Source of the DNA: Raillietiella orientalis
Taxonomy: Eukaryota
NCBI GenBank assembly: GCA_036172245.1
Contig: JAYWIR010000025.1
Coordinates: forward strand, 1,798,001-1,862,000
DNA length: 64,000 bases
Direction: 5' to 3'
The translations under genes were made by a program, and so were the position numbers. Below are positions 1-12,000 of the stretch, in pieces; the stretch's first letter is position 1, and every line of letters begins with the position of its first letter. Under the pieces are notes generated by a model. The model worked only from the letters and a program-made list of their open reading frames with translations, ran no database searches and had not been told where the DNA came from.

Positions 1-52
1 AAGGTGAGGCGTTCCCAAGCCGTGTTTCCGCTTTTCGAACTCCTCCGTCCAG

Positions 53-3000
53 ACAATGAGCTGGCCAACTACGACGTGGTGGCTTCGGTTATGTACCGTG
101 CCAACGGCGTGATTTCGCCCACCTGCATCCCGATGTACCAAGAACACCTCAGCCAGTATTATGGGAACCTGGGCGCTCTCTTGTCCCAAAGATGTTCCGC
201 CATCAACGTCGCCATGAACGTCACTTTCCTGGCTGCCGGGATCAACCTGCAAGGCGAAAACATCCTGCAAGTAAGAGAATGGAATTTTTTTTTTTTTAGA
301 AGGTGGGGGAGGGGGAGCTGCTTGTTCAACCGATTCTAATTCTTCCTCCTTCGCAGATCAACTTCGTCCTGAGAGTGACACCCGAGGTCAAGCAGTCGGT
401 CATCTACGAAATATGCGGCTCCACTCTGGGACTGATCTTCGACTTGAGCGTCCCCTCCACGGGCTTCGTCATCGACCCTCTACTGAACGTCAGCGCCGTG
501 GGCAACCAGTGCCCTCCCTTGAGAGCGATCAAATCGGATATATCTAGGGGGTTCACCTGCAGCGTCGGGGAGGTGCTTACCTCTGGAGACCCCCAAAGGG
601 GATCCATATCGATTTGCCGTGAGTGTTCCGCGCTGATGCCTGGCTGCTACCGGCAACGTTTCTCTCTTTCCCTCCCTGCCTCTTCTGAAAAGTGCACTGT
701 CCCGCTGGCTCCTACGCCGAGGACCAAAAATCCTGCGCTCTGTGTCCCAGGGGAACGTACCAGGACGAAATCAAGCAGTCGGAGTGCAAGATCTGCCCTA
801 CTGGTACTTATATCTGCGGTGATTCCCTTTGACCTTCGGCATCAACTTCGTATCAGGTTCCTACACGGCCGATACAGGAAGCAAATCCATCCGGGACTGC
901 GTTCCCGTGTGCGGTTACGGGACCTACTCTCCCACAGGTCTGGTGCCTTGCCTGTCATGTCCCTTGAACAGCTACACGGAGGAGTACCCCGAGGAAGGCT
1001 TTAAGGAATGCCAGCAGTGCCCCACGAACATGTACACGTATCTCACGGGAACCGCCTCGAGGTCGCTTTGCAGAGGCAAGTCGGGGCGGGCGGGGGAGAC
1101 CAGCAGCTCCGTCGGGGGAGAGGCTCACGCGCGAACTGCATCTTTCAGCGAAGTGCTCTCCTGGTCACTACTCCAGCACGGGACTGGAACCTTGCCATAC
1201 TTGCCCGCCGAACACGTACCAGCACTCAGAAGGACAGAAAACCTGCTGGGAATGCTCTCCGCTGCACCGGACGGCTTCGGCGGGAGCGGTGAGCGATCAG
1301 CAGTGCGAGCCAGTGGGTTGCCAAGGGCTGACCTGCCTTAACGGTGGCATCTGCGTGGCGCAAGGTAAATAAGGTTGCTGACGCCAAGACCGAGGTGCAT
1401 TTCTTCCGTCACATTCGCCATTCTTTCCTTTTCCTTCTTCCTTTTGACCCGTCGGAAAAGAGTCAAGAGGACTTCCGGCGTGTCCTGTGATCACGAAGCC
1501 GCATGCCTGAAATGGATGGAGCATCTCGAAGACTAGCTTCCCGAGACGCATCGAACGCGAGCGTGCTTCCTGGACCGCGAACATCCCCCCCTTCCCGCCC
1601 ACCCCGGCTTCCACTCTTCTTTCTGAGCTCCGAGTGCCTTTCTCTTGGCGCCACCGCTCGAGGAGCCACTCGGGAGAAAGCGCGAGCGCTTTGGTGACGA
1701 CTGCGATGCTCCGTTCAGCCTCTTTGAAGCAGCCCCCTTTCGCGTCAGAACGCCAGTCCGTAGCCAAACAGGCCGTTTCCATAGGTCGCCTGCTCGCCTT
1801 GGCGCCTCCTCCTCCGTGCCCCTTGAGTTTTGCTTGAGATGCAACGCTCCATTCTATCGAATCCGGGGAGCGTTCGGAGCTCGCCCGGGAGGTTAAACGG
1901 ATCGTGAGACGAGCGTTCTGGGAGCGAAGGAAAAGAAAGGGAGCGACTCTTTTTTTTTCCTTTTCTTTCTTTCGCGGGGTTCCTGCACCCGAAAAGCTGC
2001 AGCCCGTGCGAAACGGAGCAGCTCGAAAAAGGATCGGTTCCATCGCATCTTATCCTTCCAGGACACCGGGAAGCCTGCATGTGCCCAGCGGGTTTCTCGG
2101 GAGAAACCTGCGAGCTGGACATCAATGAGTGCGACTCGATGCCCTGCTACAATGGGGGCAGCTGCGTCGACCTCCCTCAGGGATACGAGTGCAGGTGCCC
2201 CAAAGGTAGCGTTCGCCGCCGCCTCGCGGGCTCTTTTGCCTTCATTCCTCACCCGTATCGTGCACTAGGATTCTCGGGTCTGCAGTGCCAGGAGGAGGTG
2301 AGCGACTGCGACAGGAACGGCACGTGTCCCGAACGAGCGATGTGCCAGAATCTCCCCGGCATCGGGAACTTCAAGTGCCTGTGCAAGTCCGGCTACATGG
2401 GCACCCAGTGCAACATTACGGTGAGCCGAGCGGGAGAGGGGGAGAGGAAACAGCAAGAGGAACCGGAAACCCTCCTCCTCCTCTTCCTCCTCTTCGTGTC
2501 TGTAGGTCGATCCCTGCGTGGCAGGAGAGAACCCTTGCAAGAACGGAGCACTCTGCGTGCCGCTTGCCCAAGGGAGATTCCGCTGCGAGTGCGAGCTCGG
2601 CTGGGATGGTCCCCTATGCGACAGGAACATAGGTAAGGCGAAACATCGGCGGGAGCCGCTGCAGAGTGCCAGGAACCACCTGCCTTCCTCTCACAGACGA
2701 CTGCGCGGACCAACCCTGCCTGTTGGAAGCAAAATGCACCGACCTGGTTCACGACTTCCTCTGCGACTGCCCGGACGGGTTCACGGGGAAACGCTGCCAG
2801 GAGAAGGTCGACCTCTGCAAACCCAACCCTTGCGCGAATGGCATCTGCGTAGACAAGTTGTTTGAGCACTTGTGCATTTGTAAAAGCGGATGGTCAGGTG
2901 AGAGGCAAATGGGAAACGGCTATATTGGGGGAAGGGAGGAAGGCGCTGATGTCACTTGACTCTCCCAATCCATGTCAACCGACACAAGAAAGGGTGGGGA

Positions 3001-6000
3001 TCTCTCCGGGAATTCATTCCCGCTATCATCGAGGGGAAACTTTCTAAGCTTTGCTCTGCGATCCTCGGCCGAAAGACGATCCGTATTTGCTCTCTCAGTC
3101 GCGCAAGCAGTAACAGCCGCATCGCCCGCAAAGTGGAAGGGGACGGAGTGTGTCTTTGGAGTTTGGAGCGAAATCCGGATATGAACGAGGTGACGATGGA
3201 CATCCACGCTTCCAGGGATAGCTCCAATCCTTCCAGATTTCTTACACATTTTGGCAGCGTGTTTTTTTGTCTGCTTGTTTGCTTTTTTGGCTTTTCGAAA
3301 AAAGAACAAAAGAGCAAACGAAGTGAGGTCATTTGCCTATCCCCTTCTGCAGTCAAGCAGATGGTTTTTCGCCTTTACGAGGGTGGCATTTCCATCTGAA
3401 TCTCTGCCAGTCGGCAGCATCCCATGTTGCAACACGCATCTCTCTGAGGTGTGTCAACAGAGATGAGTGGTTCTTGTGATTCTTTCAAGGCTTGCAAAGA
3501 CCAACCCCATGTTGCTACTGGTAGAATAGAGGAGGGATGGAGCATTGAGACGTTCACCACTGACGCGAAAGCCCCTCACCATCCTTAGATCTCTCTCCCT
3601 GGGGAGCGTTTCAAGGAAAGAAACACTATCAGTCGAGAATCTCCAGGGAAAAGAATTGACTTCCGAGAACTCCCTCTACGATGACCTGTTGCTTCCTTCT
3701 TTCTCGTGTTAGATAGAAGCTCCTTAGAGGCCCAAGTAGATAGATTGCTCGTGATGAAGGATATGTTCCCCAGAAAGTGAGTCATCCTGGAGGAAAACTT
3801 CCATGATACCATAGGAACGAACTAGGAAACGAGCGAAGCGACGAAGACAAGGAATTTTATCTTGGTTCGAAGATGAGTTAAGAATCCTCAGAAGGGACTG
3901 CCACTGAGAGTGCTGTCAAGAGTCGGTACCGGCGTGACAGCTTCCGCACCCTCGTGATCGTCGAGGAAAGATCCATACCACCGCTGCTGAATACAAGTGC
4001 AACAAAGTTTTCTGATTTCATTCGAGATCTTTTTGATCGTTAACAGCCTCTTGGAGCTTGGATGACGCTTTGAGTGCTTTGGCAGGTGTAAGGGGGAAGA
4101 GAAAATCACGACACGATTTTCCTCCTCTTCCCTCACATGCAATACTCTACAGAGAAAAGCCAATTCACCTTTCGGAACAAGGAACGGGAACATCGGTGTT
4201 TGAGGGAATGCAGGGAATCGAAGGTTCGAGTAGGGAATCCAATGCACTTGAGCAGGCAGCAACAGGTGATCCTGCAAAGATTTAGGCACATGGAATCTTG
4301 AAGAGTCAAAAAGACATCCAGAACCCTGGGGATGCCACTGATGCTTCTAAGGATGGTGAGGGGGCTTTCGCGTCAATGGTGAATGCCTCTTGTCAGCCGA
4401 ATAAGTCGAACGTGAGCTCAATGCATCCAGCGACTGGTTTCCAGTGATAGAACGTTTCCAACGAGCACAGTACCGAAATATTTTAAATAAGCCTCCGGTC
4501 ATTAAAATAAAATTCTCATCGGAAATGTTCAATACGTAATTGCATTTCAAAAGACCCGTCCATTTGCCCCATATGTGGAACTCTTGTATGTTTGTGTGAG
4601 GTCTGCTGAAGAGGAAATAACAGTAGCAAAGCTGCAGGGCGTTCGAATCGTTGTGGAGGAAGTGCTGGAGTGATTTTGGTTGGCAATTCTTCCATCATCA
4701 CTTCTATACGAGGGAAAAGGGCTTGATTGTGGGGTTGTGTTTATCCTAATATTCACGAGGAAGAAGACAGAAATTTGAAAAGAGGCAAACACCACTTTTC
4801 CTCAGGAAGCCGCGATGGAGAAATGAACGACTCTTATTAGAGGAACAATGGTGGCTTCTCGATATCCTTGATCATGTGGGCAAGCTTTGGGTCCCACACA
4901 GATTAGGTGCTTTCATTTATCTGTGATCAGATAAATGAAATATCTTATTCAGAAACGTGTTATGATTGCTCTGTGTTCATTCGTTCCCGGGGATCAGTTG
5001 TCAACTCGGCCACTTGCCAACAACGGCATCCTTCGGGAACGCAGAGTGAACTTCGATGCTTTCAAATAGAGCGGGAAACGAGATCAACCCTTCAGGCTGA
5101 GCCGAAAGCCGCCTTCGTTCCGCAGAGAAAACAGAAGTCTCTGTTCGCGTAGATTTGCGAATTTGTCGCTTGTTGGTTTAGAAAAAATTTGCACAAAATT
5201 TGCATTTCCCCTGCTACCGTCGATAGTGGTAGATTGGCTAACAGAGAAGCACTCCGACCCTGAAGCAGCCCCGCGGCAAATTTGAAGGAATGCGATTCAG
5301 TGGCTGCTCGCGTAGTTGCAGCCTTAACTCTTCCCAGCTCCGATGTGAATCATGGCAACCACTACCTTAATCTGAAAATCCTCCGGTCCTCTCACATGAT
5401 TCTGGAAACGTGATTCAGTTCCTAAAAACGAACGAACAAGTAACATCCAGCCGCAGTATTCTGGATCTGCCATTGTTCAAATCGAAAATTCAAGGACTGA
5501 TACAGCAGCTTCTCTTTAAGACACGAACTTCTAGCATGCCTTATTGGATCTTTGCGTAAGAGTCAGAAAGGACGCACTCATTGCATGTGATCATCTCTTT
5601 TAGCGTTTGCAACTTGGGTTTGGGTTATTCCGATGTCGACATTTCTAGATTTGTATTTCTTTTTTTTTTTTGCTTACAAAGATTCTATGGTCTTTACTAT
5701 TCAGTTTTTGATTGACTTCGTCAAAGCAACCATGGCGTTCTGGCTGCTGGAATGTGGGCGCTCTCTTTATTCTAAAAATCTAAATTCAAGCAGTAACTTT
5801 CAAGTCCCTTCAGTTTCATCCTTCTCCTCTTCTGAGCTCTTACATCTCCAATTGGTCGGAATGCTGTTCGTCAGTTCATCTGACATGAAACCGAAAGAGA
5901 CAGGGCTCTTTTTTTCTTTCGGTAACCAGGAGACGGCGTGATCTCGCGGCCTCCAGGAACATTGCCGTGTCAGTTGGCATCAGGGTCGAATTCCTTAGAA

Positions 6001-9000
6001 CGCTTCTCCAGAACAATCGAAGTTCCTGAATAGTCAAAAGCATTTTTTAGACCTCTAATAGGGTTAAGGTTAGTTAACTTTATGCCTCTGTTACGTCTTC
6101 TTCTTACTTTGTATCCGTGTCTCTGAGGAAATGCACGGGAGAGTTTGCTCTGCAAGTTTGCTCTCCGTTGTAATGAAACGAACTCATAAAAAAGCTACTC
6201 TACTGTTACACCACATACATCGGTTGCGCCAATCCTCCGTGTCTCATTGACACACTCGAAAAGCGTCATCGGGGAGAATCAAAACGTTTGCAGCATCCTG
6301 TTGACGTTTCGTAGAAATGGCCGCTTGTTAGAGATTTTTCGTCGTGGCTTCCGGGATCGAAGCACGGAAATCTCATGCGCTGCGCCTGTGGAGAAGAAAC
6401 TGGCCATCCGTTTTTCACAAAAACTTGCTCTTCCCCAAAGGTCTCAACTGCGATGTGAACATAGATGAATGCGAAGTGGGGCCGTGTTTGCACGATGGCG
6501 TGTGCGTCGACAAAGTCGATGGCTACGTCTGCCAGTGCAAAGAAGACTTCACAGGTTACCTGTGTCAACACAAGATCGACCATTGCGAATCCAATCCTTG
6601 CCAAAATGGAGCCACGTGCGTCGACCAGATAGGAGGTTTCCTTTGCGAGTGCCGCCCTGGTTTCGTCGGTAAGTACCTCATTGTCCCTGAGGACTAGAAG
6701 CTCCAGAGACTGGGCATCCGACTCCTCTGCATAGAAATTGTTTCTTTACAGAACAGGTCCTCTTTACTCTCGCTTGCAAAAGCAAGCTTCTTGTTTTTTC
6801 TTACATGAAATGCAAAAACTTACTTGGCCCTTTTCCAAGGAACGGCTAGAAATTTCTACACCGGTGCATGCGCTTCCAGTTGATCGAAGGAAATGAAACA
6901 GTCTTCCCTTTTGTCCATCTTAGGAAACATTACACGCATACGTACACAAGGCATGCATACACGGAGAATTGTAAAGGACACCGTATGTACACGCGTATAA
7001 TCGAATGGTTAAAGTTCACCATAGAGCAGCTGCTTTGGTCGTATCGGTATACAGCGAGCAGGCATGCCATCTTTGTCCTAGATCACTTACATACATCCAC
7101 ATTCAACTTGGCTTACACGGTGGCACTAAGCTATGAATCTGCTTCCTGTCTTGTTGCGAGTCCAAAGCACACAGAATGGCTTTCCATGCACAGCTCGCCG
7201 TTTTTGATTCCCTTTGTCTTCTTCATAGGGGATATCTTACAGAGCCTTCCCATTTCAATTCTTTTTCAGGACTTCAGTGCGAAGCCGAGATAGATGAATG
7301 CCTTAGTTCTCCCTGCGACATTATAGGGACTCAACAATGCCTTGACCTGGATAACCAGTTTGAATGCCAGTGCAGGCCAGGATACACCGGAACACTTTGC
7401 GAAGTAAAAAGACCAAGGAAACTAACTTCCAGGAGTTCCCTTCTCCCTCCCCAGAACAACGTTAACGAATGCTTCGGGGACCCCTGCATAAACGGAGGGA
7501 CCTGCATCGATGACATAGATCACTTCGTCTGCGTCTGTTCAGCCGGGTGGACAGGAGAACGCTGCGAGAACGAGGTCGCCACTTGCGACCCTACCATTTG
7601 CTCCAACAACGCTCGATGCATCGACGTTTTCCAAGATTTCTTTTGCGTGTAAGAGTACCTTAGAGCTGTCGGGGCGGCACTCGGTATCCCTGCCCAGATG
7701 TCCCTCGGGAACGGACGGAAAGCGCTGTCAGATAGCGCCGGAAAGGTGCATTGGCTCCCCTTGCATGAACGGAGGGACGTGCCGAGACTTCGGCTCTGGG
7801 CTGAACTGCACGTGCCCGAGGAGGTTCACCGGCATCGGCTGCCAGTACCGCTTCGACGCCTGCCAGGAGAACGTCTGCCAGAACGGAGCCACTTGCCTGG
7901 AAACCGGGAACGACTATAGGTGCATCTGTCCTCCGGGTTTCACAGGAATCAACTGCGACATAAACGTGGTCGACTGCACGTCCTTTTCGTGCCCTCCTTC
8001 AGCACAGTGCGTGGACCTAACCAACCACTTTTATTGCAAGTGCCCTTTCAATATGACTGGGGAAGACTGCCGCAAAGGTATTCGTGGGGACCCCTCCCAT
8101 GTCTTTTTCCTTCACAGTACCTCCTCCCTTCCCTATCCTTCTTCGCAGCCATAAACATCGATTATGACTTGTTCCTCAATGACGAGACAAGAGCGACAAG
8201 AGCGTCCCTCGTTCTGCCTTTCTCTTTGGCTCCTGCCTTCGCCTTGACCTTGGCCTTCTGGATCCAGTTCACCTACGCTGACGACCTCGGAACGATGCTC
8301 ACGCTGTACTCTGTCAGGTGCGTCCAAGACTCTCCCTCTCGGCCTCTCGAAACCTTCCTCCATTTTCCCCTTCCACCTTTCAGCACTCCAGGCTTGTCTT
8401 CGGAGAAGCAGCAGCTCCTGCAGTTCCACACCGCCGGCGTATTCGTCAGCCTGTTCGAGGACATTGAGGACGTGTCCATGCCCTTCAGGTGAGACCTTCC
8501 TCCGGGAAACATCTCGTTCCCGAGAGCCAGTCACTGCCCCCTTCACCTCCCCAGTCACTCTTCCGCCACTCTTTCGAATTCCAGAACGACGATACCGATC
8601 AATGACGGGCAATGGCATCACATTGCCTTGAGCTGGGACAACTACTCGGGCAATCTGGTCCTTACCACGGACGCCGTCATCGTTGCGAGTCTCCCCAAAT
8701 ATGGCGTGGGCAAAGTGCTGAACACAAAGTAAGGAGAGAAGGGGGGGAGGGAAGAGGGAAGGGAGGATAGCCAACCGGAGGCGTTGCTGACCGTTGCTCC
8801 TTTTCCCCCTTGAAGTGGCTGGATCACCATCGGAGCTCCCTTGTTCCTGGACGGTTCAAGGCAGCAGATGGGTTTTCACGGGAAGATATCAAGGGTGAAC
8901 GTCTGGAACAGGAGCCTCGACGTGAAAGCGGAAATCCCGAAGCAGGTAGGACTCCCGCTGAAGTCCCTGGTTCCCTCCAACACGGTTGCGCCGCCTCTAG

Positions 9001-12000
9001 GTGAGGAGCTGCAGGAACTCTCCCGTGCTGTTCGACGGCCTGGTGCTCCGCTGGTCGGGCTACGACAACATCGATGGAAACGCCGACAGGATAACTCCGT
9101 CTTCCTGCGGGACGCGCGCGTGCCCTCCGGGGTACGGCGGCGAGTGCAACATCCTCGAGGAGGACAAGGTAGGACTCTCTCTGACCCCGGCAACTCCTCC
9201 GCCGGCAAGCTGACACTTCTCCCGAAAGATTCCTCCGGAAATCGAGTACTGCCCTGGAGACATCTGGGTCATCACCAAGAACGTGACCGTGTCCGTCAAT
9301 TGGGACTCCCCTCGCTTCAGAGACAACATCTCTGTGAAGCAGATCAGGGAACTCAATGGCTACAAGCCCGGGCAACTCCTGCAGCGTGGCATCCACAGCA
9401 TATCCTACGCAGCCTACGACGATGCTGGAAACACGGCGATTTGCTCCTTCAAGATATACATCCTGGGTAAGGTCCCAGGAGGAGACCTCGGGGTCGCGCA
9501 TTGACAGACTCTCTTTCCCGACCTTCAGATCAGTTCTGCCCCCCGTTGAAGCATCCCGAAGGAGGCAAGCAAACCTGCGGGGACTGGGGACCAGGAGGAA
9601 GCTTCAAGACCTGCACGATAGCATGTGACCACGGAAAGAGGTTCTCGGAAGAAGTCTCCGAGTTCTACACCTGCGGCGCAGAAGGCTTTTGGCGTCCCAG
9701 GAAGTTCGAAGATGCACCTCTCGCCTACCCTGCATGCTCTGGTAAGTTCCCCCTCTCCCCCTTCCTTCCTATCTGCCTCTTCGTCCGCGCCCTGCGACCT
9801 TTGGCATGGATCTCCACCGCGAGAGCTTTGGATCCAGGATTTCGATGTTCCCGAAGCGGAGGGTAGTGGGCGGGTATCACATGGATGCGATGACATCAGA
9901 GCGGGGATCGTGAATGCGACTTGCGCCTTACACGTTGAGCTTCTCGGAGACCAACAGGAGCTCCTTCGCTTCTTTCGGATTAGAACACAAACCTCGACCG
10001 ATGTCAAGTTTGGGTGATGCATAAGTGGAGATTAGGAGGATTAGGGGAGGATGACCTTCGAAACGTGAGTGATGGCCCAGATCCGAGAACGCCTGGCCGC
10101 CAATATCGGATTGAGTTGGCCCTCCCAAAGAGTCGCAGCTTCCGACTTCCTTTCCTCACCTCACCTCCAAAAGCCATCATCATAGCGAGATGTTCCTGAC
10201 CTGAGCGCGGGATTCGCCCCTGTCACCGGATACTGGGTCGTTTTTTCCGAACGGAAACTACGTGATCTTTGGCACTGCTAAATGCTCTACTAAAACCCGG
10301 AAGCAAAACCGAATGGCGCGTTCCGGAGGGGCGGTCTAGTGGTGTATCTCGCATCTCCTTCCTTTTTGACTGCTCATCAAGGACCCCCTCTCGTAATCTT
10401 CCACAGGAAAAGATACTGTATATGTAAGACTGTATGGATAACCGGTAACGTTGTCATTCTGACATCATGGAGATGCTGGCATCTCACTTCTGGTGAGTGG
10501 CGTCAGCTCGGAAGTGCGCAATCCGGCTGGATCCGCTCTCGCGAAACCATTCGCCTGGATCCAGGGAGTCCAGGGGCACGAACCTTTGGGGATTGGGGGT
10601 GTTCGGCTGCACGCACCCGGTCGAGAGCCATGTCCCCGCTTCTCCGCGGACTTGCTCTCCAGCTACCCGATCCCTCCGGAAGAAGCAGGGTAGAGGTTTT
10701 CCGGGACATTCCCCAGCTCATTCAGAGCATGTCCCCAGTCTGACGAGATGCAACTCAGGATCATTCCCAGCGCACCTCCAAGCCAAGACGACACGAGGCT
10801 GAGGCAGAAACTTCTCTTCTCTTCGATCGAAGAGTAAGGGATGCTGCTGCTCTCCTCTCACTATATGTGTTCCCTTCCCCCTCCTTCCCCGCAAACGCAC
10901 ACCTTCCCTTCTCTTTCCATGGTCTTTTCTTCCCGTTCTTTTCTTGCTGGCATGATGCTACTACTGGAAGAAGTGCGGAGCAGCGACCAGGAAATCACAG
11001 TAGGTGGTTTCCGAAGAAGCGAAGAGTAATTCGAAAAGCTGCAGGGCTCCAAAAGCGGGAAAGCTGGACAAGAGAATTTGGCGTGCCCTTCCCCCCTCGC
11101 CCTTCTTGCTCCTCCCCTCTCCCCTTCTCCTGTGGTCATTCATGGGATTCCAACTCGCACGACAAGAGGACAGACCGAACGCGAGACACTGAGCGCAAGC
11201 ACGCGTCAGCGGGAAAATCTGAGGCAACGATCGATCTCTCAATGACCAGCCAGCGTATCGCTCTTCATCTCTGCCTAGTGATGACGTTTCTTCTCCTGTC
11301 TTACAGATGCCGAGACCGCTCAAAGGATCTTCAATATCAGAATGGAGCTCTCGAGCTCCGTCATTTGCAACCCCGCGGGAGAAGGAGTCCTCAAAGACAA
11401 AATAAGATCAGCCCTTAACAAATTAAACAAAGAGTGGAAAATTTGCTCCGGACCACTGGGTCCACAAGGTAACAGGCGCACCACCAGCGAGGGGCGCATC
11501 ACTCTCACTAACGCGCGCGCAGGGCTGTGTGAAAACTTGGCTGTGAATGTCAAGTGTAACAAGACGACCCGGCTCGTCAGGCGCCAGGCGGAAAACAACA
11601 ACAACGTCTACGCCGTCGAGGTGTCCTTCCCAGCGAACAGGTATCATCTTCCTTGAGGATTCTTGCCTTCTTGCAAGTTTCCTCTCCTTGCTCTGATCAT
11701 TGTTGTAATGCGAAAAAAAAACACGTTTGAAGCGATCCGGTGCAGAACAGAAACAGCAATGTGAAGGAGACGATCGAGCAGCTGATCCAGTCCCTGATCC
11801 TGGAGCAAGAGGAACTCGACGTGAAAGATACACTACCCAACGTGTTTCCGGACCTTGGGTCTCTTGATCTGAGATCCGTCTACAGTTGCCCCGAGGGTAA
11901 AGTCGTAATGGAACCGGACTGCGGTGAGTAACTGCTGCGTGGAGGTCCCCAAGTTTGCGGTCCCACAGTTTCCTGCGGGATCGGAACCTACTTCAACAAG

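Noticed and set aside
1297..2043. 248-aa minus-strand ORF, and other long antisense ORFs over uif (8133-8774, 8824-9501, 13697-14380)
   Set aside because: No recognisable domains; expected as shadows of GC-rich coding and intronic DNA.
2062..8077. Notch, crumbs or fibropellin identity for the EGF array
   Set aside because: No LNR or ankyrin repeats; the domain order and cytoplasmic tail fit uif.
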